A stretch of DNA of 24,000 bases from an uncultured Candidatus Saccharibacteria bacterium (GCA_964525455.1 CAZGHP010000011.1:336-24335); one strand, 5' to 3'. Shown: positions 9,279 through 18,292, counted from the first letter of the stretch. Numbers and translations: made by a program. Notes: a model not told the origin generated them from the letters alone.

Positions 9279-9704
9279 CTACGGGAGCCAGCCGCCGATG
9301 ATGCAGCCGGCCGCCAGGAACACCAGCAACATATAGCCGGTGTCGATGGCGTAGAGCTTCAAGGACTTCAACTGGTAGAGGTAGTTGATCGCCGTGACGG
9401 TGGCCGCGAAACCGAGCCACATCCAGAAGCCGACCATCAGGCCCTCGGTAACGTCGGAAACCTCGGCCAGCGAGGCGACGTGCGCGATGACATAAGCGAT
9501 CAGCAGTTCGGCGAGAAAGGCGCCGAGGAAAACCAACGGATTGGCCTTGGCGACGTCCTTCTCCTTCAGGCCGACGCCTTTCATCCACGGTTTGGCGAAG
9601 ACGTTGTACCAGATCGCGCCGATGCCCATGGCAACGATGCCGGAGACCAGCACGGCCCAGTAGTTCACTTCGATTTGGTCTAATACGGATTCCAGGGTAA
9701 TCAC
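9279..9704 (-). CDS. DUF1761-like membrane protein
   Basis: NYWAVLVSGIVAMGIGAIWYNVFAKPWMKGVG start and a four-TM pattern. Confidence 0.8.
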   Translation of the reverse strand: MITLESVLDQIEVNYWAVLVSGIVAMGIGAIWYNVFAKPWMKGVGLKEKDVAKANPLVFLGAFLAELLIAYVIAHVASLAEVSDVTEGLMVGFWMWLGFAATVTAINYLYQLKSLKLYAIDTGYMLLVFLAAGCIIGGWLP

Positions 9705-9760
9705 CTCCCTCCGGAACGATCCGCGGGCAGTATGCTCCCTTGCCTGGTAGATTACAACGC

Positions 9761-10315
9761 TTACTTGCGCCAGGTCTGCTCGGGGGCACCGGCCCGGTGA
9801 TTGACCGCCCGGGCGAGGACGAACAGGAGGTCGGAAAGCCGGTTGAGATACATCAGGCTGGCCGGATTCACGGTCTCTTCCTCACCGAGCGCGGCGAGCC
9901 GGCGTTCGGCACGGCGGCAGACCGCGCGCGCGAGATGTAGCCGTGCTCCGGATGCGGCGCCGCCAGGGAGGATGAACGCGCTAAGCGGCGTAAGCTCCTG
10001 CTCGAACGCGTCGATCCAGCGCTCCAGCTTGGCGACCTGCATCGGCCCGACGCGGAGTGCGTCGTCGATCATCTTCTTCGCCTGGGTACCGCCTTCCGCG
10101 GCCTCCGCCCCGATATTGAACAGCACGTTCTGTACCTCGAGGATCGTCTCCCGGATGTCCTCGTCCGTGATGTCGGCCAAGGCCACGCCGAGGTTCGCGT
10201 TGAGCTCGTCCAGGGAACCGAACACCGCCACGCGCGTCTTGAACTTAGGCACGCGCTGCCCGCCGTAGAGACTGGTCAGTCCCTTGTCGCCGGTACGGGT
10301 GTAGATGCGCGGCAT
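9761..10315 (-). CDS. PduO-type ATP:cob(I)alamin adenosyltransferase
   Basis: MPRIYTRTGDKGLTSLYGGQRVPK...LDELNANLG...FILPGG...ARAVCRRAERRL...YLNRLSDLLFVLAR. Confidence 0.95.
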   Translation of the reverse strand: MPRIYTRTGDKGLTSLYGGQRVPKFKTRVAVFGSLDELNANLGVALADITDEDIRETILEVQNVLFNIGAEAAEGGTQAKKMIDDALRVGPMQVAKLERWIDAFEQELTPLSAFILPGGAASGARLHLARAVCRRAERRLAALGEEETVNPASLMYLNRLSDLLFVLARAVNHRAGAPEQTWRK

Positions 10316-10356
10316 GGTGGAGTCAGTCTAGCAGATGGACACGCGGGCTACGTCGG

Positions 10357-11238
10357 TCAGCCAAGCTCCGCCAGGAGCTTCCGGATATCCGTCTTCGGTC
10401 CTGCCTGTACGAGCGGCGTCGTGAGCTGCGCATACTGCTCGTGGAACACCGGCCGCTCCTCCTGATAGAAGATACCGATCGGGACACGGTCGCCATGCTC
10501 GTCGGCACGGCGGCGGGCCTTGGCGGGATCGGTCGGGTCATGATGGTGTTCTTCCAACTTATAGATCCGCTCGCGGTAGTAGTCGTAGGTCTGCACGTGG
10601 TTGAACGTCACGCAGGGCTGGAAGACGTCGATGAAAGCGTAGCCCTTGTGCCGCATGCCGGCTCTCACCAGCTCGAGCAGGTGGGCATGGTCGCCGGCGA
10701 ACCCACGCGCCACGAAGCTTGCCCCCGCGACCAGTGCCATCGCGATCGGGTTCAGCGGCCGGTCCGGATTGCCCTCCGGCGTGGACTTCAGCTTGTGCCC
10801 CTCTTCGGTAGTCGGCGATGCCTGGCCGGTAGTGAGCCCGTAAATCAGGTTGTCGTGGACGATGTGCGTGAGGTCGTGGTTGCCGCGCATCGTATGGATC
10901 CAGTGGTTCAGGCCTTCGCCGTAGTTGTCGCCGTCGCCGTTCACCACCAGTACCGGCAGGCCGTGGTTGGCCAGCTTGACGCCCTCCGCGTTGGGAAGCG
11001 CCCGGCCGTGCAGCGAGTGCAGTCCGTAGGCATTCACGAAGCTGCACATGTTGCCGCTGCAGCCGACGCCGTAGACGACGGCCAGCTCGTGCGGCGGGAT
11101 CCCCAAGTCTGCCAACGATTGCTTGATCGCGCCCCAGATCGAGAAGTCCCCGCAGCCCGGACACCAGGTCGGGAAGATGTCGGTCTCGTAGTCGGTCGCC
11201 CGCGGTTTGCGCGGTCCCGGAGAATGCCGTTCAGCCAC
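10357..11238 (-). CDS. korB: 2-oxoacid:ferredoxin oxidoreductase, beta subunit
   Basis: TWCPGCGDFSIWGAIKQSL, YGVGCSGNM, NGDGDNYGEGLNH (TPP motif). GTG at 11238 with AGGAGG SD; overlaps the 3' end of the alpha gene. Confidence 0.93.
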   Translation of the reverse strand: MAERHSPGPRKPRATDYETDIFPTWCPGCGDFSIWGAIKQSLADLGIPPHELAVVYGVGCSGNMCSFVNAYGLHSLHGRALPNAEGVKLANHGLPVLVVNGDGDNYGEGLNHWIHTMRGNHDLTHIVHDNLIYGLTTGQASPTTEEGHKLKSTPEGNPDRPLNPIAMALVAGASFVARGFAGDHAHLLELVRAGMRHKGYAFIDVFQPCVTFNHVQTYDYYRERIYKLEEHHHDPTDPAKARRRADEHGDRVPIGIFYQEERPVFHEQYAQLTTPLVQAGPKTDIRKLLAELG

Positions 11239-13117
11239 CGAGCACCTCCTTCGCACGTTGGACGATTTCTTCCGGATAGACCGGCCGGCCGTCGAACTTG
11301 AGTAGCCGGTCCGGCGATTCGATACCGGTGTATTCGCGGACCAGCCCGCCGAGCTGGGCGGTCGCGTTCTGCTCCACCAACAACGTTCGCTCCGCGTTTT
11401 CCAACGCCGTCCGGACCTGCTTGGTCGGGAACGGCCACGGCACCGTGACCTGCAGGAAGTTCGCGGTGATGCCGTCGTGCTTGAGGTGATCGAGTGCGGT
11501 GAGGATCGAACCCTTGGTCGAACCCCAGCCGATGACGGTGAGCGGCGCGCCCTTCGGGCCATGCAGGTTCACGGACGGGACCGCTCGTTCGATCGCATCG
11601 AGTTTGGCGAAGCGTTTCTTGGTCATGTTCCGCCGCATCAGCGAGTCCTCGGTGGTATAGCCGAACTCGTCGTGTTCGTCGGAATTCGCCATGAAGATGC
11701 CGTTCGGCTGGCCGGGGATGCTGCGCGGCGAGATGCCGTCGCCGGTGAATTCATAGCGCTTGAAGCGCCGGGTGAGTTTCTTCAGTTGCGCGGCCGTCGC
11801 GAGCTTGCCACGGTCGATCCTGAGCCCGTCCGTGCTGAACGGCTTCGCCGTGAAGTGCGATTCGTTGAGATACTTGTCCGTCAGCACGAAGACGGGGATC
11901 TGGAACCGCTCCGCCAGGTTGAACGCCTCGAACGTGAAGCGGAACGACTCCTCCACGTCGCCGGGCGCGAGGATCACGCGCGGGAACTCGCCCTGTGCCG
12001 CATGGATCAGGAACCGGAGGTCCTCCTGGCCGGTCCAGGTCGGCAGTCCCGTGGCCGGGCCGGGCCGCATCGCTTCGAGGATCACCAGGGGGGTCTCGGT
12101 GACCGCCGCGAGTCCGAGCGACTCGACCATCAGCGAGAAACCGCCGCCGGAGCTGCCGGTCATCGCACGGACGCCGGCGAAGGCCGCGCCGATCGCCAGG
12201 TTGACCGCCGCGATCTCGTCCTCCGGATGTCGGACGACCATGCCGGTCTCCTCCTGCTTGGCAGCGAGGTAGTGCAGTACCGGCGAGGCCGGAGTCATCG
12301 GGTAGGCCGCGTAGAGCTGGCAGCCGGCAGCGACCGCCCCGAGCGCGACCGCTTCCGCGCCGGTGACGGCGATACGGTCCTTGGCCTTCCGCGGCTTGAT
12401 CACGAAGCGCTCCTGCTCCGGGAAATTATCGAGCACGAACGCATGCCCCGCCCGGGCGGCCGCGATGTTCCGCTTCGCGACTTCCGACCCTTTGCCCTTC
12501 CCCGCGAAGACCTCCGTGATCACCCCTTCGATCAACCCACAGGGACAACCGACCACGCCGAGGAACGCTCCGAGCGCGACCGTGTTCCGCATGAGCTTGT
12601 TGCCGGCCGCCTCCGCCGCCAACGTCTCGAACGGCACGCCGATCAGCTCGAGATCGTCCCGCTTGAGCGTGCCGTCACCCAGGTCCATCTCGTCGCGGTC
12701 GTAAAGCACGGCGCCGCGCGCGCCCAGCTCATGTTCGTGCAGCACGGCGGTCGCCTTGTTCAGCGCGATCAGTACGTTGACCTCGGAAAGTGGCGCCCGT
12801 ACCTCTTCCTCCGCGACGCGGAGCAGGAAGACGTTATGCCCGCCGCGGATCAGCGACGGATACTCGGTGTAATCGAGCACGGAAAGTCCGGCGCGCAGCA
12901 GCGTCTTGGTAAGCAATAGCCCGGACGTGGCGATGCCGAACCCCGCCTCGCCGCCGATCTTCACGGTCAGGCGGTTCGGCTCGGGACGGGCGTGCTTCGG
13001 GTGCGGCGTCCCCCGCACTTCGGCGCGGCGCGGGTCGTGATGCGTCGTCGCGGACCGCAGCTGACGGTCGCTCTTCTCGGGATGCGGATCCGATGCCCGC
13101 GGTTTCGAAGCCCCCAT
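11231..13117 (-). CDS. korA: 2-oxoacid:ferredoxin oxidoreductase, alpha subunit (fused gamma-alpha)
   Basis: VKIGGEAGFGIATSGLLLTKTLLRAG...YPSLIRGGHNVFLLR...GNKLMRNTVALG...AYPMTPASPVLHYLA...SGGGFSLMVE. Start uncertain: ATG 13117, or GTG 13018 which removes a non-conserved-looking N-terminus. Confidence 0.93.
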   Translation of the reverse strand: MGASKPRASDPHPEKSDRQLRSATTHHDPRRAEVRGTPHPKHARPEPNRLTVKIGGEAGFGIATSGLLLTKTLLRAGLSVLDYTEYPSLIRGGHNVFLLRVAEEEVRAPLSEVNVLIALNKATAVLHEHELGARGAVLYDRDEMDLGDGTLKRDDLELIGVPFETLAAEAAGNKLMRNTVALGAFLGVVGCPCGLIEGVITEVFAGKGKGSEVAKRNIAAARAGHAFVLDNFPEQERFVIKPRKAKDRIAVTGAEAVALGAVAAGCQLYAAYPMTPASPVLHYLAAKQEETGMVVRHPEDEIAAVNLAIGAAFAGVRAMTGSSGGGFSLMVESLGLAAVTETPLVILEAMRPGPATGLPTWTGQEDLRFLIHAAQGEFPRVILAPGDVEESFRFTFEAFNLAERFQIPVFVLTDKYLNESHFTAKPFSTDGLRIDRGKLATAAQLKKLTRRFKRYEFTGDGISPRSIPGQPNGIFMANSDEHDEFGYTTEDSLMRRNMTKKRFAKLDAIERAVPSVNLHGPKGAPLTVIGWGSTKGSILTALDHLKHDGITANFLQVTVPWPFPTKQVRTALENAERTLLVEQNATAQLGGLVREYTGIESPDRLLKFDGRPVYPEEIVQRAKEVLGG

Positions 13118-13127
13118 GCTGCCATGG

Positions 13128-13133
13128 TACGAT
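13128..13133 (+). promoter_or_regulatory. Candidate -10 element (TACGAT) for a leaderless leader-peptide transcript
   Basis: TACGAT ends 6 nt before the GTG at 13140, so +1 would fall at or near the start codon. No convincing -35. Confidence 0.45.
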
Positions 13134-13139
13134 AACGCC

Positions 13140-13205
13140 GTGAGAAACGTATCGCAGCTCCTGCTCCTCCTTAGCTCGCCCACCCCGGCGGCTGGGATGC
13201 GCTAG
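13140..13205 (+). CDS. Putative attenuator leader peptide MRNVSQLLLLLSSPTPAAGMR*
   Basis: GTG AGA AAC GTA TCG CAG CTC CTG CTC CTC CTT AGC ... CGC TAG. Five consecutive Leu codons, directly upstream of an intrinsic terminator. Confidence 0.7.
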   Translation: MRNVSQLLLLLSSPTPAAGMR

Positions 13206-13252
13206 CGCGAAACGCTTCGGCCACCCCACCAACCGCCGGGAGGCGGTTTTTT
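13187..13252 (+). promoter_or_regulatory. Transcription attenuator: antiterminator arms plus terminator
   Basis: GGCGGCTGG (13187-13195) can pair with CCAACCGCC (13229-13237), 8 of 9 positions, sequestering the 5' arm of the terminator stem. Confidence 0.65.
13231..13252 (+). terminator. Rho-independent terminator in a 5' leader (attenuator)
   Basis: AACCGCC-GGGA-GGCGGTT followed by a T tract (T at 13247-13252). There is no + strand structural gene upstream within the intergenic region. Confidence 0.82.
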
Positions 13253-13287
13253 CGTATTCATTCACGTGATGAGAGGAGGTGATGACC

Positions 13288-13512
13288 ATGGCCAAAGCAC
13301 ATCCCGAGCTGTTCGCGGAACCGCCGGTGGCGGACCGGACCGAACGCACGAAACCGGCGGTCGAAGCTTGCATGAGCGGCCAGGCAGATACGTTGGATGC
13401 GGACGCCTTCCGGGCGCTGGATTACTACGCGGTCGAAAATTTCGGGTTCGTGCCGAAGGAAGTACTGGCGGCCTTGGAGGAACGGGCCGGCGGGCGCCGC
13501 CCCGGATCCTGA
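13288..13512 (+). CDS. Small hypothetical protein, first gene of the ABC transporter operon
   Basis: Strong SD AGGAGG (13274-13279), 8 nt before the ATG at 13288: MAKAHPELFAEPPVADRTERTKPAVEAC...DYYAVENFGFVPKEVLAALEER. Confidence 0.72.
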   Translation: MAKAHPELFAEPPVADRTERTKPAVEACMSGQADTLDADAFRALDYYAVENFGFVPKEVLAALEERAGGRRPGS

Positions 13513-13533
13513 GCCGCGCTATACTAAGCCGGT

Positions 13534-14316
13534 ATGGATGCACTCTCGATCAACGGACTGGTCAAGCAGTACCGCAAGGGGCCCGAGGCCCTCAAGGGCG
13601 TCGACCTCACGGTCGGCAAGGGTGAGTTCTTCGGGCTGCTCGGTCCGAACGGCGCGGGTAAGTCCACGCTGATCCACTGCGTCACCGGGCTGGCCGTACC
13701 GACCGCCGGCAAGATCGAGGTGTTCGGCAAGGATGCCGTGACCGAATACCAGCAGGCGCGCCAGGCCGTCGGCCTCAGTCCGCAGGAGGTGATGAGCCTG
13801 GACTGGTTCCTCAACGTCGAGGAGACGCTCGATTACCACGGCGGCTATTACGGCATGCCGAAACACCGGCGCCAGCGGCGGATCAAGGAACTGCTCAAGG
13901 CATTCTCCCTGGAAGACAAGCGGAAGGCCAGCGTGCGGGCATTGTCCGGCGGTATGCGCCGCCGGCTCGTGATCGCCCGGGCGCTGATGCATAAGCCGAA
14001 GCTCCTGATCCTGGATGAACCGACCGCCGGCGTGGACGTGGAACTCCGGCTCGAGCTCTGGCACTACATGAAACGGGTGAATCAGCAGGGCACGACGATC
14101 CTCCTTACCACCCACTACATCGAGGAAGCGGAACAGCTTGCTAGCCGGATCGCCCTGATCAACCGGGGAGAGATCGTGGAGCAGGGGACCGTCAGGGAGC
14201 TCAAGCGGAAGTTCAAGAAGAAGACGCTGGAAGACGTGTACCTGTCGGTGGTCGGGCGGGAAGAGCTCGGGCGGAACGGCGGCGCCAAGGCCAAGACCGC
14301 GCGGGGGTTCGGATGA
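13534..14316 (+). CDS. ABC transporter ATP-binding protein (ABC-2 / DrrA-like)
   Basis: Walker A GPNGAGKST, ALSGGMRRRLVIARALMHKPKLLILDEPTAGVD, switch H in LLTTHYIEEAE. Confidence 0.96.
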   Translation: MDALSINGLVKQYRKGPEALKGVDLTVGKGEFFGLLGPNGAGKSTLIHCVTGLAVPTAGKIEVFGKDAVTEYQQARQAVGLSPQEVMSLDWFLNVEETLDYHGGYYGMPKHRRQRRIKELLKAFSLEDKRKASVRALSGGMRRRLVIARALMHKPKLLILDEPTAGVDVELRLELWHYMKRVNQQGTTILLTTHYIEEAEQLASRIALINRGEIVEQGTVRELKRKFKKKTLEDVYLSVVGREELGRNGGAKAKTARGFG

Positions 14317-15080
14317 GCGCCTGGCAGACTCGGTTCGGACTCGGTTTCAAGCGGGAATTCACGCGATACTGGAGCATCAAGCGGCAAACGATCCTTACGC
14401 CGCTGCTCGAGACCTACCTCTATATCTCCGTGTTCGGCGCGGCGCTCGGCAGCCGGGTCGGCGAACTCGAGGGCGTGCCGTACATCACGTTCATCCTGCC
14501 GGGACTGGTGATGATGGCTTTCGCGCTGAACGCCTTTGAAAACAACGCGAGTTCCCTGTTCCAACAGCGGTTCATGCGCGCGATCGAGGACCAGCTTGCC
14601 TCACCGCTGCACAACCTTGAGCTGCTCGGCGCGTACACGCTTGGCGGGTTCGTGCGTGGCGCGATCATCGCCAGCGTGACGCTGCTGACTGCCGGATTCC
14701 TCGTGGACCTGCCGGTCGCCGATCCGCTACTGCTGCTGTGGAGCTTCGTGTCCATCGGTTTGTTCTTCTCGCTGCTCGGCGTGCTGGTCGGGGTATTCGC
14801 CGAGGCTTTCGACAGCATCAGCCTGTACCGGAGCTTCGTGCTCCAGCCGCTGATCTTCATCGGCGGCGTGTTCTATTCGGCCACGCTGCTGCCGGAGCCG
14901 TTCCAGACGATCGCCCACTTCAACCCGATCTTCTACATGATCAACAGCGTCCGGCACGGTTTCCTCGGCTACTCGGATGTGGATCCGTACCTCTCGCTGG
15001 CGATCGTATCCGGCGGGGTGCTGGTGCTGTTCGCGATCGTCTACTGGATCTTCCGCAAGGGCTACAAGCTGCGGTTCTAG
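14313..15080 (+). CDS. ABC-2 type transporter permease
   Basis: YITFILPGLVMMAFALNAFENNASSLFQQRFMRAIEDQLASPL...PLIFIGGVFYSATLLPEPFQTIAHFNPIFYMINSVRHGFLG. ATGA overlap with the ATPase gene. Confidence 0.95.
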   Translation: MSAWQTRFGLGFKREFTRYWSIKRQTILTPLLETYLYISVFGAALGSRVGELEGVPYITFILPGLVMMAFALNAFENNASSLFQQRFMRAIEDQLASPLHNLELLGAYTLGGFVRGAIIASVTLLTAGFLVDLPVADPLLLLWSFVSIGLFFSLLGVLVGVFAEAFDSISLYRSFVLQPLIFIGGVFYSATLLPEPFQTIAHFNPIFYMINSVRHGFLGYSDVDPYLSLAIVSGGVLVLFAIVYWIFRKGYKLRF

Positions 15081-15568
15081 CGCGTCGCTGACCGCTCCGG
15101 GATCGTGACCGCTAGTTCGGCGGCCCACGCGTCGATCGGCGCCGGGTCCTGCTGTGGGAAACCGTCGTACTTGAGCGGCGGCAGGAGCAGTTCCCCGCCG
15201 AGCCGCTGTACCAGGACCTGCAGATGGTTGGCCGCCCCGGCGAACGCCGTGTACTCGTGGCGGCCGAGCGCGAAGACCGCGAACCGGGCGCCGGGCAGCT
15301 TGGTGTGTTCGGCCGATCCAGCGAAGCGATGCATGTGCTCCGGAAGTTGTCCTTCGAGCTTGCCTTCCGGCGTGCGTCGCTCCCAGGTGCAGGAGCCGAA
15401 CACGACCACCGGGTAGCCGCGCAGTTCGTGGGGCTTCATGCCGGCCACATCGCGCACGACGACACTGCGGCCCTGCTGCTGTAGTACCTCCGCGATCCGT
15501 TCGGCGGCATAGCGGGTATTGCCCGAGTTCGAAGCGTAGACGATCAGGGTATCGGCAGCGTTCGGCAT
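15077..15568 (-). CDS. Flavodoxin
   Basis: LIVYASNSGNTRYAAERIAEVL (FMN phosphate loop), VVVFGSCTWERRTPEGKL, FAVFALGRHEYTAFAGAANHLQ. Confidence 0.87.
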   Translation of the reverse strand: MPNAADTLIVYASNSGNTRYAAERIAEVLQQQGRSVVVRDVAGMKPHELRGYPVVVFGSCTWERRTPEGKLEGQLPEHMHRFAGSAEHTKLPGARFAVFALGRHEYTAFAGAANHLQVLVQRLGGELLLPPLKYDGFPQQDPAPIDAWAAELAVTIPERSATR

Positions 15569-15712
15569 GCCCTGATTCTACCCGACAGTGCACTCCCCGT
15601 TGATACGGGCCCTACTTCCGGCCACGCAACAGACTCATCAGCGCTGCAATCAGCAGCAAGATGAACAGGATGATGTAGAAGAGGCTGACCGCAACCAGGC
15701 CGCCGATCGCAT

Positions 15713-15817
15713 GTGGGTTTCATCGAGCAGGGCCGTCGCAAGCCGACGATCCCGACGTTACTCAAGATCGGCCGGGCGCTCGATACGTCCTTGGAGCGGT
15801 TACTCCGCGGATTCTGA
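15713..15817 (+). pseudogene. 3' remnant of an XRE/Cro-CI HTH regulator
   Basis: GFIEQGRRKPTIPTLLKIGRALDTSLERLLRGF* resembles the second half of an HTH_3 domain. The first half and start are missing. Confidence 0.6.
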
Positions 15818-15862
15818 CGGGCAGCAGTCCCAACGACCGTCTAGTCTGGCAGTCGCCCGCGC

Positions 15863-16729
15863 CTACGCCCTTGACGCCTGCGTCGCCGCGATCCCCTCGA
15901 AGAATCGTTCGGACTCATGGCGGGCAGTCTCGGTCATCGCTTCCCAGTAGGGATGATGGACGCGTCGGTAGGTCGGACGATGCGCCGGACGGCCTTCGGT
16001 CTCATCCGTACGGACGATCAATCCGGCCTGCTCGAAGTCGAGCAGGATGCCTCGGGCATGCGGCAAACGGGCGGTGTCCGGTTCCGCCGGATCCTGCCTT
16101 ACCGATTCCGCGATCACCAGCTCGTCGAACGTATCAGCGGGATTCCATTGGGCGACTTCGGTCGCGACCTCAAGCTTGAGGGCGTTTCCGAAAAGCGGGC
16201 GGGACAATTTCCGCAGGCGCTGCTGAAGTTGCCTGAGGTGTTCCGGGCTCGGCGGCTGCTCGGCGACCGTCTCGTGCAACCGCTGACGGAATGCTTCGCA
16301 TCCATCTGGGTCATTAAGAAACGTTTCCAGGGCCTTGCCGGAGGGACTGTCCGGTGCCAATCCTTCACGGAACTCCGTCACGACTTGCGACATGATCGTT
16401 GCCAGCTCCTCGGCCGCGCAAGCCTGGTCGAAACGAAGCGGGTTTTCCTGCTGCGCGACCGCGACCGTCTCCGCGACCTGCAATTTGAACCCGGGGACGA
16501 CGCCGGCGTTCGGAGCATTGTGCTCGGCGAACATGTCGAGGTAGAGCTCGCCGAGTGGCTCCCGGCGATCGACAAGGCCGGTTACGACCTCCCTGCGCCG
16601 AACCGCTTCTGAAGGGCCGCTCTCCTGTAGTCGGTCCCTGATCTGCCGTAGTTGTGCACGAAGTCCGTCGCGCCCGACCTCATCGAGCCCTTCGGCCCAT
16701 TCCGCTGCTGGTGTAGAAGAAATTCCCAT
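15863..16729 (-). CDS. Hypothetical protein
   Basis: Long ORF with balanced soluble composition: MGISSTPAAEWAEGLDEVGRDGLRAQL... Start ambiguous among clustered GTG/ATG codons (16741-16729). Confidence 0.7.
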   Translation of the reverse strand: MGISSTPAAEWAEGLDEVGRDGLRAQLRQIRDRLQESGPSEAVRRREVVTGLVDRREPLGELYLDMFAEHNAPNAGVVPGFKLQVAETVAVAQQENPLRFDQACAAEELATIMSQVVTEFREGLAPDSPSGKALETFLNDPDGCEAFRQRLHETVAEQPPSPEHLRQLQQRLRKLSRPLFGNALKLEVATEVAQWNPADTFDELVIAESVRQDPAEPDTARLPHARGILLDFEQAGLIVRTDETEGRPAHRPTYRRVHHPYWEAMTETARHESERFFEGIAATQASRA

Positions 16730-16796
16730 CGGCATCACCATCGCTATGGCGATTAACCGTACCGTATGGCCGCTTTCGCGTCAACAAGGCGTGAAA

Positions 16797-18260
16797 CTAC
16801 GACTCGCTGCGTGCTATCGCGGCTTGGGAACGCTGGCGGTCCGGCGGGGTATCCGACACCCGCATCTTGCCGAAGTAGCGGAGACCGAGCGTCATCCATC
16901 CGGCACAGACCGTGATCGCGAACAGGGTGAAGAACGGCAGCCCGACCGCCAGGATCAATGGCATCGAGAGCGCCGTGATCACACCGCCACCGACGAACGG
17001 CTCGAACATCAGCTGCTTGTAACCGAAGCTTTCCATCGAACTGGTCTTGTCTTCGGGATCGACGATGTGCAGGAGCAGCAGCCCGGTCGCGGTCATGCCC
17101 ATGGACTGGCCCATGTTCACGATGCCGTTCTGGAACCAGTGTTCGCGGAACATCCGCCGCGCGAAGACCATGAACCCGAAGAGGATCCAGGCGATGCCAC
17201 TGAACGCGAGCAGCCCGAACACCGCCGGGTGATGGCTGATGTATTCGAGCGACATCGTCCCTACCGCAGTGGCGATCAGGACGCTGAGAGCCAACGAGCT
17301 CATCAGCTCGACCAACGCCCGCGAGGTCCCGATACCCAGCCGCCGCCAGATGACGTGGGCGATCATGCCGCCGAACATGCAGAGCGGGAACATCGGGACG
17401 TAGTGCAGGAAGAACACGCCGGAGTGCGCTCCCCAGGTAAGCGTTTCGATCAGGAGCAGGCTCTGCCAAAGCAGCCACCCGATGCCGATCGCGACCGCTA
17501 GCAGCGCTATGTGGTTGGCGAGGCGCGACGGCGTGATGTGCTCCCGCAGACGCACGCCCTGCTTGCGCAGGTCATACAGGATCCGCCGGTGATAGGCCCG
17601 CTGGTACGCAGCCTGGTGGTGGACGGTCTTGATGTGGTGCCGGAGACGGCCCCAATGCACCAGCAGCATCCCGCTGATCAACGCGGTGATCAGGCTGACG
17701 GTCGCCAGGCCCATGGCCAGATCCCGTCCCTCTTGGAAACCGAGCTTGCCGAATATCGGCGACATACCTGATACGGTGCCGTGGCCGCCCTCGAAACTCA
17801 CTTCGATCAGGGCGGCGGTGAGCGGGTTGGCCCCGAAGAGCGGTACCAACACCAGCAACGCCAGCAGGCCGCCGACGGCGTACTGGCCCCAGGCCAGCGT
17901 CTGCCCGAACGCGACCTGCGGGCCGGCCGACCGCCACATATGCCGGAACGGCAGGATCGGGCGGGCCAGGAACAGACAGGCGAAGACGACGTTGATCAGT
18001 TCCTTCGGAAGTTGCCTCCACTGTGCATAGTACGAATCGGGAAGCTGCCAGTCCGGAAAATGTATCCCGGCGACCTGCGGGCCGAAGACCAGCAACAGCA
18101 TTCCCGCCACCAATGAGGCGGGGAGGAACGTCGACCGCACCATCGGGAGCTTGGCAAGTGCCGCCCCGGCCAACAGGAATACGCCCAGCAGGACCGCCGT
18201 ATACCCGTAATCTACGCAGGCGACGCCGATCTGTACGCAGGTGTCGAAAAAGTCGTTCAT
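16797..18260 (-). CDS. Sodium/glutamate symporter (GltS)-like transporter
   Basis: VSFEGGHGTVSGMSPIFGKLGF, NMGQSMGMTATGLLLLHIVDP, multiple TM helices. Start MNDFFDTCVQIG. Confidence 0.83.
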   Translation of the reverse strand: MNDFFDTCVQIGVACVDYGYTAVLLGVFLLAGAALAKLPMVRSTFLPASLVAGMLLLVFGPQVAGIHFPDWQLPDSYYAQWRQLPKELINVVFACLFLARPILPFRHMWRSAGPQVAFGQTLAWGQYAVGGLLALLVLVPLFGANPLTAALIEVSFEGGHGTVSGMSPIFGKLGFQEGRDLAMGLATVSLITALISGMLLVHWGRLRHHIKTVHHQAAYQRAYHRRILYDLRKQGVRLREHITPSRLANHIALLAVAIGIGWLLWQSLLLIETLTWGAHSGVFFLHYVPMFPLCMFGGMIAHVIWRRLGIGTSRALVELMSSLALSVLIATAVGTMSLEYISHHPAVFGLLAFSGIAWILFGFMVFARRMFREHWFQNGIVNMGQSMGMTATGLLLLHIVDPEDKTSSMESFGYKQLMFEPFVGGGVITALSMPLILAVGLPFFTLFAITVCAGWMTLGLRYFGKMRVSDTPPDRQRSQAAIARSES

Positions 18261-18292
18261 GAAGATGTTTTGGGTTTTTGCGCGATTAAGAG

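Noticed and set aside
9169-9789. 206-aa minus-strand ORF overlapping the DUF1761 gene
   Set aside because: Arg/Pro-rich frame shadow of the real DUF1761 frame; no recognisable domain.
11477-12919. 480-aa + strand ORF opposite korA
   Set aside because: Antisense shadow with biased composition; korA is well supported on the other strand.
15635-15660. Minus-strand GCGCTGATGAGTCTG resembling a hammerhead core
   Set aside because: No stem II closure and no GAAA on the 3' side. It lies in the small TM-like remnant frame.
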